This document shows positions 39,331 through 53,810 of a stretch of DNA of 64,000 nucleotides, in pieces. The notes under the pieces were generated by a model. It did not search any database. It worked only from the letters and a program-made list of their open reading frames with translations, and was not told the DNA's origin. Source of the stretch: the human T2T-CHM13v2.0 reference genome, Homo sapiens; assembly GCF_009914755.1 (NCBI RefSeq), contig NC_060946.1; one strand, given 5' to 3'. The number at the start of each line of letters is the position of its first letter. Position 1 is the first letter of the stretch. A program made the translations under genes and the position numbers.

Positions 39331-40349
39331 GCAACCTTCCCACCCTCCCGCCCCCTCCACACGGCATCTCACATCCCGGCCCCCTCTGGCACCCCCGGCC
39401 TGTGTTTGTGCAGCTGTTCCCTCTCCCTCAAGTGTGGGGAGGGGGCAGGAAGAGCAACATCAGGGGAGGGGGCAGGCCACAGTCAGCCCTAATCAAGAAT
39501 TTCACACCCACCCCCCTACAGCGACCCGGCCCCTCTGCAAAGCCCCCACATCCAGTTGGAAGAAAGCCCAGAGCTGGCTTTGTTAACAGGCTCCCTAGGA
39601 CAGCAGGGGGCCTGCTCCCGGAGCGTACCCCCTCCCTGCTCAGAGGCCAGGGCTCAAAACTTGCCCATCTTGGCGTGTTGGGCGGGGGGTGGGGGGCTCT
39701 TGAATGCCTGAATCCTGCTTCCCCCAGCTGGGTGCCCAGCCAAAGGCTGGCAGGCACCAAAAGGGCCTCTCCCCTTATCACCCTTCCCCAGGCCTTATCA
39801 GGTGGGGGGAGCAAGGCAGGAGCTGTGGGCCCCAGACACATCGGGCTGGCAGGCTGGGGTTCCCAGTGAGGCTGAGCACGTCCGATTTTAAGATCTGAAT
39901 CTTGATAGGCCCATTCTCAGAAATACACGCCAGCTCCTCCCCTCCATTCTCCAGCCAGCTCAGCATCCTCAAAAATGCCTTGTGGCCTCACTTCCTGGCC
40001 TTTGTCCAAGCTCTTCCTCACTCCTGCCAACCACCAGCACCCTCTCAAAGACATTTCTCTCTCCTTAGCATGCACGACTCTTACACATCATCTTTCAGAC
40101 CAGAGCAGGTGCCTCCTCCTCCAGGAAGCTCTCTCTGACTCCCTCCTGCCTCCCCAGGATTTAGTGGGCAGGTCCCTCCGTGCTCCCCCTGGCTGCCTGT
40201 TCTTCCTCCATCTTGCCCTTCTCACACTGCTGAGCCTCCATCACCATAGCAACTCCAAAACTGGCCCAAGGCCTGGCTCAAGGTAGGTATTTGCTGAAGG
40301 AAGGAGGGATGGGGTGGAACTCTGTTTCGGAGCCTCATATCCTCGAGCC

Positions 40350-40545
40350 TCCTGAAATGAATTAGGTCCCTGATCTTAATTTAAGAGTTAAATAATACCA
40401 CACATATATTACAAAAGTTAGGTAAATTTCCCCTTCCCTCCTGTCATTACCTAGAAAGCTGCCAACTTCTAGATTGTAATTATGTACATGAATAATGAAA
40501 TTAGCATATCTATCAGCTCACTCCCTGCTCATTATGTACAGGGAA
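40350..40545. promoter_or_regulatory. Candidate enhancer (AT-rich island with homeodomain/POU motifs)
   Basis: CTGTCA 40441, TAATTA 40477, ATGAATAAT 40488, ATTAGCAT 40500, ATTATGTACA x2. Confidence 0.45.
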
Positions 40546-41552
40546 GAGCCTGTGTGTTTCCATCCCAAATCACCCTCTTCTGGAGGCCCGCTGGGCTCCA
40601 GGCTCTGCAAAGACCCCAGGGGAGGGGCTGCGTGCCTACTGCACACCTGGGAGCATCTACAAGCCCTGAGAGACCTTCCTGGGTGGGGTGTTCACGTCTG
40701 ATCAGCCCTGAACTGCAACTGATGGGTGGGTGGGAAGCATTGGTTGAAATTGGCATGGCAGGGGTAGGGCTATGGGATGGGGGGTAGCCCTGCCGTTGCA
40801 GAGGGAACTACCTCAGTTCCCGGTTCACTCCACATGGCTGTGGGCCAGTGGGCGGGCCTCTCTGGGGCTTCTTTCACCTGTAAAGTGGGGATGACATGTA
40901 AGTCAGCAAATGCGCTCCTAAAAGCAGCGTCAGGACACAGCAAGCTTGCATTGAAATTCTAGCCCCGCCATACATCTGCTACATGATGTCTTCTCTCTAG
41001 GCCTCAGTTTCCTCTTCTGCAGAATGGGAACAACGAAGCAAGTGTAAGGATCCCATGACATTCCTTGTGCAATGTGGAGCATTGTGCTTGGCACAGAGTG
41101 AGTGCTCCATAAACATGAGGGATTGTGGCTGTTGATGTCAAGACTGGCGTTTACCTTAGGCCTGAGGTGGACCCTCTCTCCTAGTAGAAATTCTCGTCCA
41201 ATAATTGCATGGGAATCATCCAAAAAGTAGGACTCGGGCTTGCCATGTGTCTATACTAGGCATCCCCAACTCCTCAGTCTCCTGGAATTCAGTGGGAATG
41301 CCAAGCTCTGGGCTCTCCCCACTCAACTCTGTCCAAAATATCTTCCACGTGGGGAGGAGGCCATGGACAGGTGGATAGGGAAGGACTCATCAAGCCCGAG
41401 GGTGCCTGCGTGTATGTGGTGTTTACTTATTCACTTACACACACTCATTCACATTTTCATTGCGGGATCCCTATGGGCAATGTAAGAGGCAATAGGGAGC
41501 CAGTGAATGCTTGTGAGAAGAGGAGGGCTGAGTTCAGTCTGGCTTTGCAAAC

Positions 41553-41637
41553 TTGCTGAATATATGAATGAATGAATGAATGAATGAATGAACAAGGCAA
41601 ATCTTTTTACTCCAACCCAGTGCTGGGATTCAGACAG
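41553..41637 (+). repeat. Copy 1 of a local ~80-bp dispersed duplication, includes (GAAT)n
   Basis: Matches 42249-42325. Confidence 0.9.
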
Positions 41638-42199
41638 GTTACTTGGGGACCTTAGTCCAGACCCCCTTGATCCTACAGAGAAAGGTTCAGGGCCTCAGCT
41701 AGGAACACCCTCACTCCCTGACTCTACCTACCCAATGCTGCAGGGCTGGCTGACTCCTTCCCAAGCCCACTAGCACCCCTTCATAGCTGGGCACCTTCAC
41801 AAGCATCAGTGCTGTCCCTGGGGCCACCAAGAAAGTCAAGGCCTCCTCCCAGAGCTTACTGTCTAGAGCTTTGCCAGCACAAGCTACTAAGCTTCTTTGC
41901 CCCATCACTCTGATTGGGGGCAAACTGTGGCCCATTCCATAGATTAGAAATGGTGGGATCAATTCCAGGGCCTATATGGAAGCTTCTAACTCAGACCCAT
42001 GAGGCTGGGCATCTTCAAAAGAAGAAGCTACACATTACTCATATTTTACAGCTTCTTGCCCACCCCACCTCTATGCCTGGGCAGGACACACCCTGCTGTA
42101 AATTGATCCATGTTGGTAATAATAATAATAATATGAGCTAGGAAACCAAGCAGTTCTTACCTGCTCCATGCACTTTACATGTATTCCTTCATTTAACCC

Positions 42200-42500
42200 T
42201 TGCAAACTTAGCATAGTGGCTGGCACACAGTAAAAGCTCAATAAATGTTTGCTGAATATATGAATGAATGAATCAATGAACAAGGCGAGTCTCTTTACTC
42301 TGGCCCAGTGCTGGGATTCAGACAGACCCGGGCTCAAATTCTTGCACTGCCACTTACCAATCGGTTCCCTTGGTCAAGTCACTTCCCTTCTTGGAGATTT
42401 TAGTTTTCCTGTCGGTAAAGTAGGCGTGATGATATCTTCCTATCAGGTTGATGTGAGATTTCAATGAAGCTCCGCATACAAAATGCTCGCATGACACCTA
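42200..42500 (+). mobile_element. L2 tail followed by MIR; contains copy 2 of the duplication (42249-42325)
   Basis: CTGGCACACAGTAAAAGCTCAATAAATGTTTGCTGAAT; CAGACAGACCCGGGCTCAAAT..GCCACTTAC. Confidence 0.8.
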
Positions 42501-42611
42501 GGGTGGCCCAGAGTAGAAACAAAAGGTTTTTGTTATTGCTATTGTTGTGGATGATGTCATTGTCTCCATCTGTCCACTCGGCTTGCAGTTATGGGTCAGG
42601 AATTCAGAGAC

Positions 42612-43288
<677 letters not shown>

Positions 43289-44609
43289 TCTAGATTTTCT
43301 CTTCCATGAGATCCACCAAGAAAGCTCCAAGTCACAGTTAGCCAAATGGAGTTAAACAAGAAGAAGAAAAACACACACCTCACAGTGATGGTGTGGCCAC
43401 TTCTCCCAATTTCACAGCCTGGGCCCAGAATGGAGTCAGCACATCCCCTTCAAAGCTCCATCATTCTGAGGATGCTGAATGCCACTTTCCCACCCATGCC
43501 CACTGGGGAAGCCCACAGAAAGCCCCCTAAATAGCCCTGATCCCTCCAGGAAAGGGGAGGGCACACCGAGAAAATGGCTCCCATCTGACCAGCCTGGGCA
43601 CAGCTTCTTGACTCTAATTGGGGATGTGGTAATTAGATGATGGCAAAGTACACCCCAGGCTCAGCTTTCAGCCCCAGGTCCCACCAACAGGCCATCCCAC
43701 TTGGAAAGTTTGCCTGACATTCCTGAGCCGGGCCGCCTTGCCAAAGAAAACTCAAGCGAGGCTTGTCTTGGCATGGACTCAACCCCTAGCCTCAGCAGGA
43801 AAACCAAAAACATTTACACAGCTGGGCCTGCGACGCCCGCTTCCCTCAAGAGTTTGTCAGGGCTTGGATGGCTCGGTAGACTCGGGGGGCACTTCTGAAG
43901 GGGACTGTGTTCCCGAGCACGGCCAGGCATCGCCAGCCAGACAGAAAACACCACGGCCACCCCCGGGAGGTGGGAAAGAAGACGCAAGAAAACACGCTCT
44001 GGGGAGCCGGAGAGGGGCTACCTGGGGACTGGGTTTTCATGTATTCGTTGATCACTGCACGCCTCCCCCCTCCAGCTGCAACCACATCTGCACGGGTCGT
44101 CCTGGCCAGCTCACCACCCGACCTGTGCGTGTTGGCCAAAAAACAATCCAAAGAAGCTGCTTATGGCACGCGGAGCGCCTGGGGCCCCATGCTGACAGCT
44201 CTAAAGGACCGCCTCTTCACCGCCCTCTCTTTGCACTCAACTTCCCCATCTCTTTTCCTGGCCGCCTTTCCATGGCATTCTCCGAAGCTCTTCACATTCT
44301 CTGTCCTGGGGGCACCCCAATGAGGCCCATTTGGCCTCCTGGTTCTGAATGTCAGGGACTATGAACAGGAAGTCCTGGAGCCAGTGGTTCAAAGCCAGGA
44401 GCTCAAACACATTGGTGAACACACTGGGGGTTGCCAAATTATCTGCTAAGTCCCTCGTGAATCCCTCTGGTCCCTCCATCCCAGTGGTCCCCACTGCAGT
44501 CCAGGCCACCATCGGTGCAGTGGTGACTGCAGCAGCCTCCTCTCAAACCCTCCCACCTCCACTCCTGCCCTCAGAGTCCATTCTCTGAGCTAAGGATAGC
44601 ACAACCTTT

Positions 44610-45425
<816 letters not shown>

Positions 45426-46159
45426 TGTTGTAAAACTAGAAATAGTCTTAGCCCAAGTACCTGGCACATAGCAGGGTTTACAGTCACAAACAGGTTCCAG
45501 AGTCAAGCACAAGTTCAAACAAAGCTGTATTACACAAAACTAAAATGGTTTGTTTTCTTGCAAGACTTGTCAAAGCCTTTAATGCTTTAAGGTGTCAATG
45601 TGCATTATGACACTCCACAAGCATCACCTCTGTGCTAGCTAGGCCCAGGTGATGCAAAGGTAAATAAATCTGCCTTAGGGAGTAAGTAGTGTGGATGGAA
45701 AGTATTGGCCTTAAAATCTGGTCATGGTTTTTTACCTCTTCCTGACTTGCTGTGCAGCTTGGATAAGTTTCTTGCCATCTCTGGGCTTCTGTCTGCTCAT
45801 CTGCAAAGTGTAAGTTTAGAAATTGTTACTCCCTAAGAGCTTTCCCCTCTGACATTTCAATACCCATGGACCAGTATTTTAATTGGCCAGAAAGATTCTA
45901 GAGGACGGGATGCCTGGATCTTGAGGATTTGGATGAGTTGGGTGTCAGGGGGAGAACAGCATGACAAAATGAGTCTGGACTGCCTAGAGGTCATTTAGGG
46001 GGAAGTAAGGAGAGCAGCAAGGCCAAAATGGAGTGCTCATCCAGGGAATATAAGAGAGAAATGATTACAAAGATCAGCTCATCTCATTGCCAACCCACTT
46101 TCCATCCCTACTGCATCATGAGAACCATCAGAGACAGGCAGAGACTTTATAACCTAGAG

Positions 46160-46360
46160 CCTGGATTCTCCACAGGGGTGAAGTTTTCCCCTTGGAGGGC
46201 ACAAAGTCTTACAGACATACATACAGTGCATAAACAGATATCCAATATATCTGTGCTATTAAAATTTCATTGGTGGGGGCAGGGAGTGAGTAGGGAAAAA
46301 TGTCTAAAAGAGTTACTTAGGGGCCAATAAAAAAAAAAAAAGAAGTGAAGAAAAAAAGGT
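46160..46360. mobile_element. hAT-Charlie MITE (MER106-like; name uncertain)
   Basis: CATAAACAGATAT..ATATATCTGTG.TATTAAAATTTCAT..AAAAATGTCTAAAA. Confidence 0.55.
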
Positions 46361-46371
46361 GAAGGTGATCT

Positions 46372-46587
46372 ATAGGTTGCCTATTCAAATGCACATAGGG
46401 GCCAGGCAGGAAACTTTGAAAGTAGATGGTATAGGAGGCAATAAGGAGTGGTGGGGACTGTGGCAAACTGGCATGCCCAGACTATATATATTATAGCCAT
46501 TTTTTTTAAAGAGTCATTTTGTTCAGGCCAAACAAAACACATCTGCAAGTTGGATCAGGCCTGCCATCCACCATTTTCAACTCCAGA
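46372..46587 (-). mobile_element. MER102-like element, internally deleted
   Basis: TCAAATGC..AGGGGCCAGGCAGG; GTGGTGGGGACTGTGGCAAACTGG; GGCCAAACAAAACACATCTG. Confidence 0.75.
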
Positions 46588-46691
46588 TTTAAATGAAGAA
46601 TCCAGTCCAGTCCCAGCTTCCATGACCAATGCAAACGCAGCACTCATTCTGGCCCAATGCTCATGGGCTGCTGCCATGTGAGGTGCCCCTG

Positions 46692-46693
<2 letters not shown>

Positions 46694-46737
<44 letters not shown>
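46694..46737 (+). repeat. (CA)22 microsatellite
   Basis: Read directly. Confidence 0.98.
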
Positions 46738-46740
<3 letters not shown>

Positions 46741-46744
46741 CCTC

Positions 46745-46970
46745 CCCACGACAGGACCAGCAGCCTTGTTCCACAGCATGCACACATGCATATTATGGGG
46801 ATTAATGCTGTGTGATGCATAATTAATGATGCTGAATAAACATGCAGATTGGCAATCACCGATTGACTGCCATGATCAGATTCCTGAACAAGGGCTAATT
46901 GATTGGCTGCCTGTAATCATCATATTCAACACTATTTTCTTCAGCACATGTGCAAACAGATCCTTGTGAA
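46745..46970. promoter_or_regulatory. Candidate neural enhancer with a POU4F (Brn3) consensus site
   Basis: ATGCATAATTAATGA 46815-46829, GGGATTA 46798, GATTGACTG, CTAATTGATTGG. Confidence 0.55.
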
Positions 46971-47719
46971 AGGGGCCTATGGCCCTGTCTGTTTCAAAAG
47001 ACACAGACCCTATGTTGGAAACTTTGATCATTGCTCCAAGCAAGGAGGCTTTGGCTCCTGGGCTCTTTTTCACCAGTGAGCACCAATGATGTACCACAAT
47101 GGGCCAGGTATTTTACAGTCATCGAGGGAAGTGTAATTATCACCATTTTGCAAATGTACACAGAATCAGGGTGCCACGGCTATCAGAAGGGGGAGCCAGG
47201 ACTCCAAACCAGTCTGTTGATTCCAAAATCCACCCTCTTTCTTTTTCCAAATAGTTTCTGACCTCCTAAAGTTGATGGCACAGCAGAGGAGAAAAGCAAT
47301 TTATTTACTCATCAGTTCATCCCAGACACTGGCAATACAACAGTGAATCAAACCAGCTGCCTCCCTGGTGACAGCTATGTTCTGGTACAGATTGCATTTT
47401 GAGAGTCCCAGAGATGGTATCTCTCCATGAGTGCCTCATAGAGGAGGTGATGTCAGAGCAGGGTTTTGAGGAATGGAAAGCATCTGCAAAGGAGATTATG
47501 AGAGAAGCTCATGGCAAAGACAAGAGCAGCAGCAAATGTGGAGGTGGGAAAATAAAAGGTGTTGCCTGAGGAGAAACAAATGAGCCTATTGGGGGTCTTG
47601 TGGGGAGACCCCCACAAGACTTATCTATCTTCTAGGAAGATAAATATGTATAAGGAAAAGAGCTCAGGGCCATCTGGTGGGATCCCTGAATACCAGGATT
47701 GAAGGGAATGGAATGGGGT

Positions 47720-48294
47720 AAGACTGGGACCTGAGTCCTCCAGAACAGAGCAGATGCTGAGTGTCAGGGACTTCCTTGGGTCTCTGCTGACTTCTGCTCC
47801 ATATTTATTTCCTCCTCCCACCAAGCGCACCTAGATGTTTTCTCTGGGGGAACATCTCTTCCTCATTTTCACCTGTGTGGCTTAGGTGGGATTGGCCCCA
47901 CCCTTCCCAAAGAGTAGGACCTGCTACTTGATCAACTTTTCTCATTCTCCTGGATGCAGAGATTGATACGAGATCATGGAACCCAATCAGGCCCATGACA
48001 TGAAAAGAGATTGTGCAGAGACATCAGAAGACATGGTTCTCTCTTAAGTGAGGGTTACCAGAGGGTCATCCATGACCTTTCAGATGGGACAGAATGAGGA
48101 TATGAGGCCTGATGAGGCCACATCCATTATCATGAAGGGAGCCTCTGGCTCAAACTATACCTGAAGGCTATTTTACACTGGGGCTTTTCAGTTATAGAAA
48201 CCAATAAATTCCTTTTTGTTTGTTTGTTTGTTTAAGCCACTTTGAGCTGGGTTTTTTGTTTGTTTTTTACAACCAAAGACTCCTAACAGATATA
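47720..48294 (+). mobile_element. MLT1K/L-type MaLR LTR
   Basis: CCAATAAATTCC..TTTAAGCCACTTTGAGCTGGGTTTT..CAACCAAAGACTCCTAA. Confidence 0.65.
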
Positions 48295-48664
48295 GGGAGA
48301 TTTTACTTTTTAGTTCCTTTTGGAGAAATGTATTTAATTAAAGGTCAAAGCACAAAAGACCTTGGAGTTCTCTCCATTGTTGAGAGGAGGAGAGGGTGGC
48401 GCACAGTTTGGTCATCTCAGCAAGATCTTTTGGTTCTTGTTTTGTCATTTGCCACTCCTTCTCCTGCCCTCTCCAACATCTTCCTTCCCTTCTCCATCGT
48501 CTTCCTCCCCCTGCACATCATTACCAAGGCTCTGCTCCTCTTTTTCCAACCACCCCTGGAGGACCTGCTCATAGCAAATGACCAGGGCTTCGGTCACTTA
48601 CACCCTACTGATGAAAAGTCATATTACATTTTGCAGTTGAAAGGGCTTCACAGTCATTCTCTCA

Positions 48665-49505
<841 letters not shown>

Positions 49506-50334
49506 CAAAGTGAGATAATGAACATACATGCTCTAAAAGTTGGCAGGACTTGCCAGTGCCTTTACTATGTTCATGTACATTGACCATCCAGACTGAAGAA
49601 ATCATGTGGCATTTCCCAAACTTATTTGTCCACAGAACCACTTAGTGTTCTGGGGAACACGGTTTGGGAAAGAGTGGTTTGGGATGGTCCCTGATGATTT
49701 CTTTGGTACGTTACAGGCTTTCCCACTTGCCAAGTGGTAGCCTCTCAGCAAGATGCATCCCTTTGCTGGACCTCAGTTTCCTCCTCTGCAAAGTAGAGAA
49801 GAAACCCAATATAAACATAGCTGGCAGTGCCCAGGTGAGGATGAGAAGTGCCCAAAAGCATGAGTCCTGAAGGAAATATGTGAATTCTAGGCCTGATCCC
49901 TCTTCCCTACCCCTGCCCATCTTGGAAATATATAATGACAGCTAAAAGCAAAGTCACCAAAAACATCTGATGAGAGACTGGGCTTGAGGGTTCCTGCCAT
50001 CCACTGCTGTCTCTAAATATCTGTAGAATCTCCACATTTCAATAACTCACTTGATATCTTCACAGGGAAAGAGTCAGAGAGAGGACTCACAGCCACGGGC
50101 TAACAGTTACTATCACTTGTGGTGTTGACAACAAATGATCTCCCCGCTTTGTGTTTCCTTATTTCCATTTTTTTAAATTATTCTACAATAATAAACATAA
50201 ATAAATTGTAAATTTGTACCATGATTTAAACAGTGCTTTGGGACCTAGCCTGCCCTGGGTTCTCATTCTGGGGTAAACAGAACAGTCCTTTCCCTCTTGG
50301 CAGCCATTTTCTCACCTCTTAAATAAGAATGATA

Positions 50335-50579
50335 CTCACTGTCATCTTTTGCTGTGTGATAAGCTATCTCAAAGCTTTGTGGTTTTAAAAAAAAATCAGT
50401 CTTGCTCACAACATTGTGAGTTCAGGGACTTGGGAAGGGCTCAGCTGGGCAGTTCATTTCTGACCTATGAGATATCTGCCGGGGCAAAATGAATTGGGGA
50501 ATCCGCTTCCAAAATGCCTTCTTCACTCACTCACACATCTGGCACTTCAGGGTTCCTGGTCTGTCTGTCTGCCTCTCTC

Positions 50580-50610
<31 letters not shown>

Positions 50611-50923
50611 TTCTCTTTCTCTCTTTCCCTCTTTCTCTCTCCTCACTCCCACAGGCATCTCATCCTCCAGGCCTTCTTCATGTGACTTGGGCTTCCTTAC
50701 AACATGGCAGCTCAGAACACATAGAGCAAGAGCTCCATGAGAGCTGGGTGAAAGCTGTAAGGCTTCTGATGACCTGGCCTCAAAAGTTCTAGAACATCAT
50801 TTTCGCCACTTTTTATTGGTCAAAGCAAGTTGCAAGGTTAACCCAGATTCAAAAAGAGGCATATTTCTCCCACTCTTAATGGTAGGAATGGCAAAGAATC
50901 GGCAGTCATTTTTAATCCACCAC
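50335..50923 (-). mobile_element. MLT1H-type MaLR solo LTR with internal (CT)n, inserted in a MIR
   Basis: GGGAAGGGCTCAGCTGGGCAGTTC; GGGCTTCCTTACAACATGGCAG; end TTTTAATCCACCACA. Confidence 0.8.
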
Positions 50924-51049
50924 ACCCACCTACCCTCCTGAAGATTCTTATGAGAACTGGATTTCAGATGTCTATGAAGGGCTTAGCTCCACGCCCGCCA
51001 TCTGAGATTCTGAAAATGTGAATCTAATCAGATCGCCACCACACCTAGC

Positions 51050-51575
51050 TTTGATCATCTAATTCTCTGACATCTTCACCAAAATTGCCAAGTTTCTGTG
51101 AGGTTGCACCTCTGCATCTCTCTGACTGCCCCACCCACCACTCCCTCCCTTCCCATCATTCAGTGTTCCAGCCTTCTGGCCCCTTTCCCCTCTTAAACAT
51201 ACCACCGTTCCTCCTGCCCCAGGGCCTTTGCCCACGCAATGTTTTCTGTCTAAGATGCTCTTCTGCCCACCTCCTCTGAGCTGATTAACCACACCTCATA
51301 CTTTTGATCTTCTGCCCAAAGCGTTGTCTCTTCCAGGAAGTCCATCCTGATTGCCTAACAGGTTGGTTCCCTTGCTATGTATTCTCTCTATTAAGCCCAG
51401 TGGCTTGCCATGAGAGTGAGGAGTACAGCTTATAATCACACAATCATTTGGGTTATTATTGAATTACAATGCTGTCTCCCCATGAGACTGGGGATGTCTT
51501 GTTTCCTGCCATCGCCCCTCCTGCCCAGCACACAGCATGGCACCAGGACCCCATAAATGCTTGTTGATGGGATGA
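51050..51575 (+). mobile_element. L2 3' region
   Basis: TTCCTCCTGCCCCAGGGCCTTTGC; ATAAATGCTTGTTGA tail. Confidence 0.75.
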
Positions 51576-52439
51576 CAGGAAGGAAAGACAGTCCATGCAG
51601 GAGGCCTTACCATCATTATTCTGCTGTCACCTACACTGTCCCCATCAACAGCAGTCTCAGGAACACAACAGTCTCTGCCCTCCCTTCTACCATCACTTGG
51701 GGGTCCCACTTGAGCATTCTCGATCCTCTGTGCCCCAGACAGCTCTGCCAACACTCATGCCCAATACATGCCTTCTCCTTTGGGGACGTCTGCCTGCCGT
51801 GAAATAGCAAAGACCACAGACCCCTGGGTGGAAACTGCTTCCTTTCTGCAGAGACAGCTGCTGAACAGAGCCCTGCACTGTGAGAGCCTGTGAAATCAGA
51901 AAGAGACTCTTTGGTCTGTCCTATGACTCCTCATAGTTTCAGGGCCTCTCCACCTTCCCTGGCCCTGACCCCAAGAGCCAGGATCCTTTTTGAAGAAGAC
52001 CTTGTTTAGGCAGCAAGCAGGCATGCACTCTGTCCCACCTGAGGAGATACACTGAACACAGAACACATGCCCTTACACCGAAAGCTCCTTTTGTTGCACT
52101 CAGGAATTTGTTCATGGCTGCAGCTACCATTGAAAGGGCACCTGCTATCTTCCAGGCACCTCCTGATCACCCCATGAAGTGAGTACTGTAGTTAAACCAA
52201 TGTTACAGATGAGGAAACTGAGGCCCAGAGAGGGGAGGTAACTTGCTCAAGGTCATATGGTTTGCAGATGGTGAAAAACAGAAGATGAGTTCAGTTCTGT
52301 TGGGCCGGCTTCTCCACCCATATGATTATGGCCTTTAGGGGTCCTGGAGAATTGAAGGGAACTGACCTAGAGTCACTATGAGAGGGAGGAAGGGAATAAT
52401 AATGACAGGAAAAGCAGCATCCCCAAAATGCATCCCTGT

Positions 52440-52672
52440 GCATGCACATCCACACATACTCCTACATACATGCACGCTCCACACAGACTTACACACACTT
52501 ACATGCTTATGTTCACACATTCGCCTTCACATGCAAACACACTCACACCCGCTCACATGCTTAGCCACATGTTCACACGTTCACATACAATCCCACACTC
52601 ACACTTGCGTACACGCCCACGTGTTCACACTCGCATGCTCACACATACTCAAATGTTGAGACTCATGCATAC
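52440..52672 (+). repeat. Degenerate CA-rich low-complexity tract
   Basis: Read directly. Confidence 0.8.
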
Positions 52673-53514
52673 CTATGTGGCTACCAGAAGCATCCCCTGC
52701 CCAGGTCGGAAGCCTCACATTGGCCGGAAGTGTGGTGCCTGGTGCAGGACACAGCCCCTGGAGAAGGTCTTGGCTGCAACAGCTGACTCCAGCGCTGGAC
52801 AGACACGTGCTCCAGGAAGCCAGGAGGATGCCCTCCCAGCCCTTCCACTGCAGTATCTGGGTAACAGGAACGTGTAGACTGAATCTCTGGGTCAGGTCCT
52901 CCAAGGAGGCAGAATAGGTTAGTGATCAGATCCCAGGCTTGAGAGTCGGTTGGCCCCAGGTTCAGTTCTGGCTCCCCTACCTTTTGGGGCAAGGTCCTTA
53001 TACCCACTTGACCTCAGCATCTTCACCTGTAAAATGGTAATAACCAAACCATCCACCAAGAGGATCTGAGTCTAAATGAGATGAGTCCTCTCAAGTATTT
53101 GGCTAGAGCAAAGTTGGTTAGAGCAAAGCTCTAACACGTAGAGCTCTTATGTGTTATTGTTCATCGCGATTCTTTGTATGATTATTTCGGCAGATGGTTG
53201 TTGTTATTTCGCAGTGCGTGATGCCAGAGATGAGGCAGAGAGTTGCTCCTCAAAGCAAGCTTTGGCATGGCTAGGAAATGAAAGGGGAAGAAGCTGGTGT
53301 CACCAGAAAACACAGAGATTGGGGCTATTTAGCAACGGGGCCAAAAAGCGGCCTTGGGAACCCTTTGGCGTCCCCCAGGAGCCACGCCACATCACCAAGG
53401 AGAGGTCACATCTGTTCATTCCACTTCCTCAGCTGAGACCCAGGGTCAGGTCTCAGAAAAGATAGAAAAGACAGAGCCATCCTACCCCAAGAAGTGATTC
53501 TAGTTTGGTTCTAA

Positions 53515-53810
53515 CAGGTTGCAGTGTAGAAATAAACAGAAACGTTGCCAAGAGTCTCTTGACGCCTCGGACGATTTCCTTGGGTTGTCCTTCAACTATG
53601 TTGAATAGGAAGAGGACGAAAGACACAATTAAAGCAACGTATGATTTGCCATAAATAATAAATCAATAGCCATCGGTGATTCGCCCATCTCTCTTCAACT
53701 GGGTTTAAAACAAAAAATTAAATATAGAACAAAGGAAACTATAAAGGAAATACAAGAAGCAGCGGGAGAGAGATTTTCCTGCTGTTTCTTGCCTTTAAAA
53801 AAAAAAATAC
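53515..53810. promoter_or_regulatory. Candidate conserved enhancer (HOX, PBX-HOX, ONECUT and SOX motifs)
   Basis: GCCATAAA 53648, ATAAATCA 53658, AAATCAATA 53660, AGAACAAAGG 53726; retained CpGs. Confidence 0.55.

Noticed and set aside
38922-39869. 315-aa ORF
   Set aside because: First half is the CA-rich repeat (HTHT), the rest is GC-rich chance sequence; no recognisable protein
43738-44364. 208-aa ORF
   Set aside because: TTG start, no domain, overlapping ORFs in several frames typical of GC-rich non-coding DNA
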